Positions 1 through 11,785 of a DNA stretch of 64,000 nucleotides are shown piece after piece. A model generated the notes under the pieces. That model saw only the letters and a list, made by a program, of their open reading frames with translations, made no database searches and had not been told where the DNA came from. The DNA lies in assembly GCF_963921235.1 (NCBI RefSeq), contig NC_086097.1, forward strand, positions 181,166,001 to 181,230,000, in the 5' to 3' direction. Position 1 is the stretch's first letter, and each line of letters starts with the position of its first letter. Position numbers and translations under genes: made by a program. The DNA is from Mobula hypostoma. Taxonomy: Eukaryota.

Positions 1-1788
1 CTGAAATCTATTTATTACATAACCAACTGTTTACTACATATGAGGTCTGCCATCTGGAAATCTTGTGTGCAGAAAAGCATGTCAATAATATCCATCAAAA
101 CTACCAACCCCTTGAGCAGGAAGAATTCAGAAAATAAAGCAAGGGAAAGTAGGGTTTAAACATTTAGAACAAATGAATTTGAAGCTGGAGTAGGCCACTT
201 GTCCCCTCAAACCTACTCTGCCAATTTATGCCACAAATAACCCAAAACATCACAATGACTTTCTCTCCACAGGTGCTGCTCGAGCTGCTGATTGATTGCT
301 GCTCCAGATTCCAGCATCTGCAGTCTCTTTTGTCACCATGAATGATACGATTGTTACCTGTAACCTTTCACTCTCTAGCTCATGAATTCAGCAGCATCAA
401 TAGAGAAGAGTGCAGTTGACCTTTTGGGCCAACGCTACCTAACCTGCTGAGTTCCTCTAGCATTTTGTATGTGTTGCTTGGATTTCCAGCATCTGCAGAT
501 TTTCTCGTTTGTGATTGGTTCTCCACATTAACTCTATCCAGGTCTTTCAATTTTTGGTAGCTTTTATCCTTCTGAACTCCATTAAGTACAGACCCAAAGA
601 CAACAAACACTTCTTGCACATCAAGCCCTTTATTTTGGAATCATTCTAGTGTACATACTCCCACCATAAATCTGGATAGGGTGTAGATCCAGTGATGAAG
701 TAATATATTACAATTAAGGATGGTGAGCGTCCCTTTTCTCACTGTTACCATCAGGCAGGAGGCACAGAAGCCTAAGGCACACACTCAGCGATTCAGGAAC
801 AGCTTCTTCCCCTCTGCCATCCGATTCCTAAATGGACATTGACACTACCTCACTTTTTAAAAAAAGTATACAGTATTTCTGTTTTTTGCATGTTTTTTAA
901 TCTATTCAATATACATATACTGTAATTGATATATTTATTATTATTTTTATTCTTTTTTCTCTTCTATACTGTATTATGTATTGCATTGAACTGCTGCGGC
1001 TAAGTTAACAAATTTCACATCACATGCCGGTGATAATAAACCTGATTCTGATTCTGAGTGACTTGCAGGCCCTTTATGTGCCTGCTGCTGTTGTGTCTGT
1101 ATGCAGAATTAGAAGTACAATTAGGATAAATGCAGTATATATGTGTGCTTTAGAATAAATGCAATTATTTTGTGTGTTGCTTAACGTGGAGAGGATGTTT
1201 TCATAATTAGGGGTGTCTAAAATTTAAGGACATAGCCTCAGAATAAAGGAATGTCTCTTGAGAACTGAGATGAGGAGGAATTCGTTCAGCCAGAGGGCGG
1301 TGAATCTGTGGAATTTGTTGCCATAGAGGTCTGTGGAGACTAATTAATTGAGTGCATTTAAGGGAAAGATAGATAGGTTATTGATTGGTTGAGAGTATTA
1401 ACAGTTACATGGAGATGACAAGAAAAAATCAATTATGATTGAATGGTGGAGCATGATTGTTGGGCTGAATGGCCTATACACCTTCTATACCTTATGGTCT
1501 TAACCACATGGACTGCAACTGCTGAATAAGGCTACCTTCTAACTGGGAGTGAACAGAAAATGTTGGCCTCCCAGTGATGCTGACATTCCAAAACAAATTT
1601 AGAACCAAAGTACGGGCAATTGGGACCAGAGTATGAATGAGGTACCACACTGACCTCAATAGCCAGGTATTAAATGTCAGGCAGCATTGATGAAAGGGAA
1701 ACCATCACTGAAGAGAAAATGGGCACAGAGGGATCTGGGCCAGAAAATCTTCAGATTACACTTAATCAGCAGGTGATAGAATACTTAC

Positions 1789-2131
1789 AATAACAGCCCA
1801 AATCAGAGAGGAAAGTTCTGGGCGAAGGAACCTCCAAAATTCTCTCCAGTTGAACTCAGGACCTGGTGGCACAGGGTCTTTAACATGACAGCCATTATCT
1901 TCTTCACAGTAAGCTACAGTTCCATTCAGTCTTAGTCCAAGAGTTATTAGGCCAGGTGTGCCCACCAGCAGGAAGGCACTCCGAATCCTCAGTGAGCTCC
2001 GCATGTAGTTGCCTGCCTGCAGCCTGACACCATTTTGCATCAGGTTCAACACCCGAAGAAACAAGCTGGTCTCTAAGCTTTTCCCACTTCGAGGGTATCT
2101 CCAGAACTGCTGGCTCCTGCTCAGAGAGAGC
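1789..2131 (-). CDS. ABCB8: ABCB8 (mitochondrial ABC half-transporter, MITOSUR) coding exon 2
   Basis: Acceptor ctacag| at 2132 and donor |gtaagt at 1788 (minus strand). 343 nt, phase 2 in and phase 0 out, open: ...VAYCEED...EFNWREFWRFLRPELSSLIWAVI, resembling human ABCB8 VALCEAE...RFNWKLFWQFLHPHLLVLGVAVV. Confidence 0.9.
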
Positions 2132-2295
2132 CTGTAGGAAGATTGAAATCACATATTCATAAAACTCATTTAAAGCAATTCAATTAAGATTCTGCAAATT
2201 AAAGAAATTGCTACTGCTGGGAAATTGGAAATAAAGTACAAACATTCAGCAGGTCAGACAGCAGCTGTAGAAAAAAAGAACAGAGTTAATATTTC

Positions 2296-3490
2296 ACAGT
2301 AGCGTGGCGGTTAGCATAATGCTATTACAGTGCCAACAATCAGCGGAATTCAATTCCCGTTGCCGTCCATAGGGAGTTTCTCCCTGTGACTCCGGGGTTT
2401 CTGAGTTTAAGATGGCGCTACCAAAACTGTGTAACATTTTACTGGTAAATCATAAGAAAAGAGATTTGACTAAAAACATCATTTATAATATCATTTCTGA
2501 AGCAAATTATGGTGAACTATTGCCACAGACTGTGAGGAGGCAGGCGGAGGCAAGGCTGCTTTGGGGAGATCAGCCGTGCTGGGCATTTTGAGGAGCAATG
2601 TGTTCGAGCTGGTGTTGCAGATGGAGTTTGTATTGCTGTCGGAGATGGAGTGAACAATTTGGAGAGGAGTCGATGCAGGAGAGTTTCAATGCCCATCCAC
2701 CTAATCCAGGAGCAAGGTTGGATAGCTCCAAGTGCCAAACTGATTTAGTGAGATTGAGAATGGCTTTGGGGTGGGCAGCCTGGGTGCATTGTGGCACTGA
2801 TATCCAAGTCCTAGAATGTGGCACTACCCAGTGCTTGGGCAATTTAAATGTCAGCCCAGATAGACTGGAAGCCTGAGTGCTGGGTACAGAGGCTGATTTA
2901 ATTTGCTTTCCCGCGAATGTTTATTCCTTTCTCCGCAGCGCCAAGCCTGTGAACTGATCCAGCTGCTGTGCGTTTCTGCCCCGCTTGTGTGATGAACTGG
3001 GGACCAAGGCTTGTGCCTACTCCACCTGCACTAAGAGCAGGTCTGGGACTCAGTCTGCTTCGGAATGCTGTTGGCTTGCTTCTATTGTTTGCAAGACGTG
3101 AGTGTGTATTTTTCCCTCTCTCTGTGCAGTGCTTTTTAGCCTTCTTTTAAAAAATTGGGTTATTCAGGTTTCTTACTTTGCAACTGCCTGTAAGCAGACA
3201 AATTTTAAGGTATATAATTTATACATTCTTTGATAATAAATGGACTTTGAATCTTTGAACCTTTGACTGTGTGGGTTTCCTCCAGGTGCTCCAGTTTCTT
3301 TCCACATTCCAAAGACATATGGGTTAGTGAGGGGTAGTAAGCTGTAGGCATGCTATGTCAGGACTGGAAGCATGGTGACACTTACAGGCTGTCTGCCCCC
3401 AGTGCATATTTGGACTGTGTTGGCCGTTGATGCAAATGATGCATTTCTATGTATGTCTTGATGTACATGTGACAAATAAAGCTAATCTTC
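2296..3490 (+). mobile_element. tRNA-derived V-SINE (HE1-like) split by a ~860 bp non-autonomous LINE-like insert (~2401-3265)
   Basis: A/B-box-like head at ~2296-2360; V-domain-like GTGGGTTTCCTCCAGGTGCTCCAGTTTC resumes at ~3272; the insert starts near AAGATGGCG and ends AATAAA plus (CTTTGAA)n. Confidence 0.6.
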
Positions 3491-3699
3491 AAAAGTGGTT
3501 CACAGCCTCACCTTCTCTCCAAATCCCCATTCATATAATAGACCCCCTTCTGATTAATAAGATGATTAAAAAGTCATATGGATGAGTTGTGTATATGAGT
3601 CATCTTTATAATCAATACCTCAGCCTTTATCAGCTGAGGTATCAATTATAAGTATGATGCTACCACTGTACACAACAGCATTTCAACATTTGCTTCAGT

Positions 3700-5355
3700 T
3701 CTGTACATCTGAAGTCAGAGTCAAAGGTTTATAATCCAGGCCTCCGTACCTCCATCTGCAATTGGCTGCTTGACTTCTTAAACAGGGAACCAGTCAGTAC
3801 GGATTGATAATAACATCTCCTCCTCACTGACAATCAACACAAGTGAACCTTCAGGATTGTGCAGTTGGCCCATTGCTCTACTCTCTCTACATTCATGACT
3901 GTGTGCCTCAGCACAGATCAAACACCATCTATAAATTTGCTGACAACACCACTGTTGACAGCAAAATTACAGATGGTAACAGAGAGGTGTACAGAGGAGC
4001 AATAGATCAACTAGTTGAGTGGTTTCACAACAACTGTAAACTCAGCATTAACAAGACCAAGGAATTGATTGTGGGCTTCAGGAAGGGGAAGTTGGGAGAA
4101 CACACATCAGTCGTCACTGAGGACTCAACAGTGGAAAGGATGAGCAGCTTAAAGTTCCTGGTGGCAACATCTCAGTAAATCTATCTAGGCCCAATGCATT
4201 GATGCAATCACAAAGAAGGCACTGCAGCAGCTCTACGGGAGGAGGAGAAGGAAGAGGAGGAGGAGAAAATGGCGGCGTGACGCAGCGTGCGTGGCCTCTC
4301 CAGTGATGAATATCTGTAATCTGTCAAGTAGGAGGCCGTGCATAATTCTGATTTGATGGAGGCAGACGTGAGAGCACGGAGGAACATCTGGTGAAACTTC
4401 TGAAATACCTGCTTCGCTGCCGCTGCTACTGTGTGATCCAAAATCTCCGGAGGGGAAGGCCCCGAATCCTCGGCTTTGCCTGTTGCTTGGCGGCCGGAGC
4501 CGGGGTCGAAGCGCTCGGCAGAGATGGTGCTTGGTGCTCAGTGTCAGTGGGCTGGTCAGAGGCTCGAAGTTTTCGGACGGATTCAGAGTCGGACTGCAGT
4601 CGGGTGCTGCATTGGCAAGTTTGCAGCGCTGGAAGCTCATAGCAGGGAAAGTTTCTTCCTTCTACCGTCTGCGTGAGATGTTGGGGATATTGGGACTTTG
4701 AAACTTTTTTTTAACCGTGCCCATGGTCTGCTCTTATCAAATTATGGTACTGCTTTGCACTGTTGTAACTATATGTTATAATTATGTGGTTTTTGTCAGT
4801 TTTGGTCTTGGTCGGTCTTGTGTTTCTGTGATATCATACCGGAGGAACATTGCATCATTTTTTAATGCATGCATTTCTAAATGACAATAAATGAGGACTG
4901 AGTGTCCTCATAATCGACTTATTATGGGTTTGAGGAGATTTGGAAAGTCAACACAGACTTTTGCAAACTTCTAAAGATGTATAGTGGAGGATTGAAAGAG
5001 ACAGTAGGTGCTGTCAGCTCGAACACAGGCACAACCCTCTACACCATTGAGGACTGTTTCAAAAGGTGATGCCTCATGAAGCCACCATTCATCATTAAAG
5101 ACCATCACCATCCAGCACATGCCCACTTCTTGTTACTATAATTGAGAAATGAAGACCCACACTCTGTGTGTTAGGAATAGATTCTTCCTCTTTGCCATCA
5201 GATTTCTGAATGGTCCATGGACCTATGACACTACTTTGTTATTTGTCTTTTGCACCTTTTTTTGTAACAGCAATTTTTATGTTTTGCACTATATGGTTGC
5301 CGCAAAAAAACAAATGCCATTACATATGTCAGTGATAACAAACCTGATTCTGATG
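3700..5355 (+). mobile_element. Rex/Babar-L2-clade LINE RT fragment, interrupted by a non-autonomous element at ~4237-4915
   Basis: PLLYSLYIHDC...YKFADNTT...KTKELIVGFRK RT remnant; 3' tail aacctgattctgat. The insert starts with a GGA-rich run and AAAATGGCGG and ends with AATAAA. Confidence 0.75.
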
Positions 5356-5689
5356 TCAAGTCGATTATCATATGCATGAGTGCATGTATGAAAAGGTGTG
5401 ATGACAAATTTTCTTGGAGCAGCATCACAGGCACACATATAAGCAGCATTCACAAGAAAAACATAAATTATACACAATTTTTACAAGAAAATAATCAGGA
5501 CAAAAAAGCAAAAATGGTTAATTTTTAGTGCAACATTCTCATAGTGGTCATAGTGTTGTGATTAGGGATGTGTGGTTCAAGGACTGAATGGTTGAAGGGA
5601 ATCAGCTGCTCTTGAGTAACACTCAAGTCACCGAGTTAAGTTCTTGAGTCATTGGCTGTCCACTTGACCTTGGAACACCTGAACAACAG

Positions 5690-6470
5690 TAATATCAGCT
5701 CAGCCTTCAACACCACCGGTAATAATTAACAAGCTTCGAAATCTGAGCCTCCATACCTCCCTCTCACTTTCTCATAGGGTGACAAGAGTCAGCGTGGAAC
5801 GAAAATAATATCTCCTCAATGACAATCAACATAAGTGCACCTCAGGGGTGTGTGCTTAGCCCACTCACTGTTCTACTCTCTCTACTCATGACCATGTTTC
5901 CAGGCGCTATAAATACCATTTATAAATTTGCCAATCAGACAACCGTAATTGGCAGAATCTCAGATGATGAGGAGGAAGCATACAGGATTGAGATAGATCG
6001 GTTAGTTGAGTGGTGTCAGAACAATAACTTTGCACTCAATGTCAGTAATATCAAGGAAATGATTTTGGACTTCAAGAGGGGGAAGTGGGGGGAAACACAC
6101 ACACCAATCTTCATTGAGAAGTTAGCAGCTCAATCATAACCACTAGCCTCCCTACCATTGAGGACATCTTCGAAAGGCAGCATCCATCATTACGGAACCT
6201 CAATACCATTACTACTATGAGGGAAGACGTGCAGGAGCTTGAAAACACACACTCAATGTTTTAGGAACAGCTTCTTGCCCTCCACCATCAGATTTCTGAT
6301 CAGTCCATGATCTCTTGAGCACCACCTCACTATTTTGCTTTCTTTTTGTTCTACTTAGTTTTTTATAATTATTGTAACTTACAGCGATTTTTAAAATATA
6401 TTGCACATACTGTAGCATCAAAACAACAAACTTCATTACCTATGTCAGTGAACATAAACCCGATTCTGGT
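5690..6470 (+). mobile_element. Rex/Babar-L2-clade LINE RT fragment
   Basis: APQGCVLSPL...IYKFANQTTVIG...WCQNNNFALNVSNIKEMILDF. Confidence 0.75.
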
Positions 6471-7262
6471 TCTAGAAATGCTGGAGGCAGTATCTCTGGA
6501 GGGAACTGAAGAGTTGGCATTTTGGTTGAGACCCTTCATCAGGATTGGAATGGAAGGGAACGTAAACCAGAATTTTAAAAAAGTCAGGGGAGGGGAGAGC
6601 ACAAGCTAGCAAGAAATTGGTGAGTTCAGATGAGAGGGGAAGGAAGCTAGGAGATGGAAGAGGTAGAGTGCTGAAGGAGGAATCTGATCCGAACAATCTG
6701 ATTTTATGTGTGTTGCTCAAGGTTTTCAGCACCTGCAGAATTCCTTGTGTCAGCTGTTCTTGAACCTGGTGGTGTGAGACTTTAGGAGTCTCTGTACCTC
6801 CTTCCTCGTGGAAGTGTGAAAAGACAGTTCCGGGTCAACATATTAGAATTATATGTGAAACAAGACGTTCAAGAGATAAAGAGCCAGAAAGCCATGATCT
6901 TTGTCAGGACATCCTCCAAGATATGGAAATTGGACTTCTGTCCTCCAGCTTCATTTGTTTTGGACTGTTCAGATTCCCTGGTCCTCTCGCTGATGATTCT
7001 GTCAATCTACTTGACGGCAGACGATCACATAATTTGTCACACAGCGATCTATTTGGAGATCAGATTATTATTGGCTCGGCACTGGGGTCTGAAGCTAATG
7101 TCCCTTTTCAGTCAGAGCAAAGGGCAAGCGTATCTGTTACAAAGTGTGCTAGGCGTTGTAGTTCCTATCATTATTGCTCCTGCTTATACCTTACACTTCC
7201 TACGAAACGCGAACTACAAATCCTAGCATACTTGGTGAAGCAAGCGCCCGGCTTTCTCCTAC

Positions 7263-7372
7263 CTTCCGCTGCCAACGGAAAATCTCCCCCCAGTTCGGGT
7301 CCAGATGCGCACAGAGTGGATGGGGAAACATCCCCTGATCGTATAACCGTTTCTTAAACACAAGTGAAACAT
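7263..7372 (-). CDS. ABCB8: ABCB8 coding exon 1 (N-terminal mitochondrial presequence-like segment)
   Basis: gccATG at 7372; MFHLCLRNGYTIRGCFPIHSVRIWTRTGGRFSVGSG is Arg-rich with no acidic residues. Donor ag|gtagga at 7262; phase 2 joins exon 2 (AG+G=Arg). Confidence 0.8.
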
Positions 7373-7660
7373 GGCAAACAAAATGAAAAGAACCGGGGAT
7401 CGACTCTCAGAACTGCTCTTCGTATCGTTACCCCAGCAACGCGGGCGGCGCCATCTTTGATCCCATCCACAATTCATAGCGTAGATTATTTTTGTGCTTT
7501 ATTTATTATTTTTATATCAGGGTTATTTATATTTAATTCTCTTTTACGTATTTTGTGCGGGCGAGGGCAAGAACGGGCAGTGTGCTTTGTTGTAAATAAT
7601 TTTGGCGCTTATGAGGTCACCGACAGGGTCAGAGGTCCATCTATGTGATGTCACTGGTAA
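7373..7660. promoter_or_regulatory. Candidate bidirectional promoter region for ABCB8/ATG9B
   Basis: Locally CpG-enriched; YY1-type motif AAGATGGCG on the - strand at ~7448-7456; GGGCGG at ~7443; + strand donor-like ctg|gtaaga at 7657. The two genes diverge from this interval. Confidence 0.5.
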
Positions 7661-9479
7661 GAGCTGTCATTTGTCTTTGGTGTTGTGAAAGAGGGAGCTT
7701 CAGGGGGTGAGAAGGGAGGTGTGAAAACAGGGACAGATTACACGAGGGGAAGCCGAAGGAAAATTAAAAGGGAGAAAAGGGTAGGAGTAAATTTACAAGT
7801 GGTGCAAGGGAGGGGAGAGGAGGAATTGTACAGGGTGGGTTGTGCGAAGAGAGGGGATACCGGTAGGGAAAGGCAAGGTTTAGGAGTTGAAAAACAAAAC
7901 GAGGTTGAAAAGAGAGGGAGGATCGTTAAAGGGGTGTTAAATAGAAAGGGTCAGATACCACGCGGAGGGGGTGGGGGCGCAGAGTGTAAACTGGGAAAGG
8001 AAGATAATTGAAAGCAGAGAAATAGTCGGGGAAATCGGGGAGGGGGAGTTTTCTTATGAAAAGCTAACAAATTACTGATTAAGGAGGGAAAATAATTAGG
8101 AGATGATATAGTTGGAAAAGTGGAATAGAGATGGACAAAAACCAACATGGAATGTAATTGAGGGAAGATCAAATGAGGGGAGCAAACAGAAAGTCATTGG
8201 AAACATTAGACAAACAATCCAAGCGAGACAAAGGAAGGTAGAGAGAGAGATATATACACAGGAGCAACCAACAGAGCAAAGACTGTAACAAGAAGCAACT
8301 AACTTATAGGAAAAGGGCAAATAATAATGATGTCCAGCGAGTGCTGACACAACAGGAAAGTAGAACGTACTGGTGGGGAGGAGAGAGCAAAGAGCAGCCG
8401 AGGCATACACAGGAAAACAAACACCACAGTACAGATTAGGGTGAGAGGACAAAGCATAAGAAGTGTAGGTTAAACACCAGGCAGATATAAACAGACTGCA
8501 AGAGGAATATAAATAGAGTGCAAGAACAGAGTCAACAGAACATAGAAACTGCAAGAGGAGTGCGCACACGAGGTGCCTCAGCAAGTACGGTGACACAGCA
8601 AAAAGTCACCAGAAACCGCTCGACTACCGCAAACACCAAGAGCAAGACTTTTTCTACACTTATGTGCTGTTGCTAAGCTATCAAGAAGAATAGACGTGCA
8701 TACAAACCAAGAGGAAACTGAGTGAAACAAAAAGGCAGGGACTGCCGAAAAAGAGTGCAGTTGACACTCAGCACTAAACTGCCAGATGTCGCCAGTATCT
8801 CCGGTTGTTAGTATGGGACTTAAACAAGAAGAAAGCAGGCAAAGTATCTCTACTGCTCGCCAGTAGGCCAGTGGCAGAGGCAGAGCGCAGGAGGCTGGAG
8901 ATGAACGGCAGATGTTGCAGTTAGGTAACGTACTACAAATTGAGGCAAACGAGACTGCTGGCTCCACAGACTGCTTTAACTAACACGTTTCTTAACAAAG
9001 CGAAGGCTATTTACTGGTCGGGATATCCGAACTCTGATTGGACGGTGGGAGATCTCATCCGTAGAATGATCACAGGTAAGAAAGCTATGTGTCTTGTGTT
9101 GTGGATTTGTGAGACACCCAGTTATTAGTAGAGAAGCAGCTGATGCAATGTGTCTTGGAGCTGTAATGCAATCCAGCATTTCGACATGGACACTTAATGA
9201 ACAAAATAGGCAGCCTAAGTTGGTCTGCTTGCCTTTGATGAGGGTATGTATGTTAGACTTCCTAGAGATCCTGCCCTCCTGTGGTACGTGAGATGTTTAT
9301 CAATCGGTGAATTGGGGTATCAGGCCTACTCTTGTCAGGCGATCTTATCTTGGAAACTAATCCCTTTTGTTTCAATGTCCCTGTCCCGACCTAGTAAGGA
9401 AACATTCAGGGTTCCTACTCCTGGCTGCATTGGAAGTATGGTGTATGAGGCAAGGAGGGGATGTAGACAGTGGTAGCCT

Positions 9480-11785
9480 GTGTTCATCCATGTGTTGAAT
9501 TGGAGGAGGAAGGAGGGGAAGTGTTGGTGCTGGGGGGAGCATTGGGTGCCCTGGCACCTAGACTGGTGTGCTGAGGGGGTTGTGAACAAAGGGCAATTGT
9601 CAAACCTACTGAAGAACTGGTTTAACTCATTAGACCATTCATGGCTGCACCCTGAGACTCTACAGCCAGGCTGATTGAAGCCAGTTATGTTCTTCATGCT
9701 TCTCCACACCTCCCATGTGCTACTCTGCCCAAGCTTGTTCTCCAGCTCTCTCCTGTATTCATCATTAGCCATTTCAATCTTCTCCTTTAGTTCCCTCTGC
9801 ACATGTTTCAATTCCCCATCTCCTGATCTAAAGGCTCCCTTTTTGTGGTTCAGAAGAGCCTTTAGATCACTGGTGACCCATGGCTTGTTGTTAGGGAAGC
9901 AGCGAACAGTCCTTGAAGATATTACAGATGATGTAGCCAGTGGCACAATCATTACATCTGTTAATGTCCTCCCCATATTGTTCACAAAGCACATTCCAGT
10001 CAGTAACCGCAAAGCAACCCTTCTAGGCTTTGATGGCCTCTGGAGACTACTTCTTTACTATCTTGGTGGTAACTAGCTGTTGCTGTACTTTGGGCTTATA
10101 CAAGGGCATGAGGTGAACCAGGTTGTGATCTGATCTTCCAAGTGAGAGGAGAGCTATGGAGCTGTATGCATCTTGAACATTTGCGTACAAGAGGTCCAGT
10201 GTTATCAACTGCTAGCATCCTGATCTTCGCCCCCCCCCAACCCCTGACTTTCCACCAACCCCCCCAGTCATCTTGGATCACCTTCACTACTGAGCAGGTG
10301 AGAAGGGCTCTGGGGAAACTCAGCCATGTTAAAGCATTGGGACCGGATGGTGTGAACCCCAAGGTCCTGTAGGAGTGTGCTGAGCAGTTGTGAGGAGTTC
10401 TCCAGCGCATTTTCTGAGTCTAAGTCTCAGTCTGGAAAAGGTCCCGACTGTGGGGGGCGGCGGGGGGAAGACATCTGTGGTCCCAGTTCCCAAGAATGGC
10501 TGACTGAAAACCTTGGATGAATACTGTTCAGTGGTCCTGACCTCGTACATCATGATGACCCTAAAGAGACTGGTCCTGACTCACCTCCGATCCCTGGTCA
10601 GAACAGCACTCAATCCCCTATAGTTTGCCTACCAGGAATACATTGGAGTCGATGATGCTGTCATCTACCTGCTGAACAGAGCCTACTCCCATTTGGATCA
10701 GCAGGGCGGTACTGTGAGAATCATGTTTTTTGATTTTATTGCCTTCAATACCATACAGCCCTCATTACTGTGGGGAAAGCTCCGGTCAATGCAGGTTGGC
10801 ACTTCCATTGTACTCTATAATGGACTGGCAGACCATTCTGTGGCTTCAGAGCTGTGCATCAGGCATGCCTATAAGCAGCACTGGGACCCCACAGGGTACT
10901 GTATTGGCTCCCTTGCTGTTTGCTCTGTATACCTTGGGTTTTAGATACAACACTGAGTCATGTCATTTGCAGAAATTCTCTGATGACTCAGCAAAAGTTG
11001 GGTGCATAAAGGGACGACGACGGGATGAAAACAGGGCCCTGGTGGAGGGCTCTGTCAAATGGTGCAAGCTGAATCATCTCGAACTCAACATCAGTAAGAC
11101 AAAGAGATGGTGATGGCAGCCTGCACTGCTCCCTGTTACTATTAGTTGTGAAGATGTGGATGTGGTGAGGACCTACAAGTATCTGGGGGTGTACCTGGAT
11201 GACAGATTTGAGTGGAACACCCACACAGAGGTTGTATACAAGAAGGACCAGAGTCACCTCTGCTTCCTGAGGAGACTGCGGTCCTTTGGAGAATGCAGGC
11301 CTCTCATTCACATGTTCTACCAGTCTGTTGTTGCCAGTACAATCTTCTATGTGGTGGTGTGTTGGGGCAATGCCATACGGGTGATGCCAGCAGGTTCAGT
11401 AAACTGATTAGCAAGGCTGGCTCTGCTATAGGAATAAAACTGGACACATTGGAGCCTGTGGTAGAACAAAGGACCCTCTGGCAATTCCGGAATTTTTTTT
11501 CCACCCTCTGCATGCCACCTTGGCTGAACAGGGGAGCACTTTTAGTAATAGACTAAGACAACTGTGCAAAGAACGCTATGTGAGGTCATTCTTACCCATT
11601 CAACTCTATAATGAGTCAACCTGTAGCCGGGGAAGTGATGACCCCTCCTGTTAGAATGTTTGGGGTAACTTTTTTAAAAATTCTTTCTTACTTCTCTTCT
11701 AATATTTGTATATTAGGCACTTGTAATGCAACTGTGACACTGTAATTTCCTTTGGGATCAATAAAGTATCTATCTATCTGTCTAA
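9480..11785 (+). mobile_element. Rex1/Babar-type LINE with an inverted 5' segment (~9480-9950 on -, ~10230-11785 on +)
   Basis: - strand FPNNKPWVT...NELNQFFSRFD; + strand GPDGVNPKVL, MFFDF, GTPQGTVLAP, KFSDD, YKYLG; AATAAA plus (ATCT)n tail at ~11760-11780. Confidence 0.8.

Noticed and set aside
6816..7357. 136-aa and 144-aa + strand ORFs near the promoter
   Set aside because: No recognisable homology; they overlap ABCB8 exon 1/intron 1 in antisense and are likely chance ORFs.
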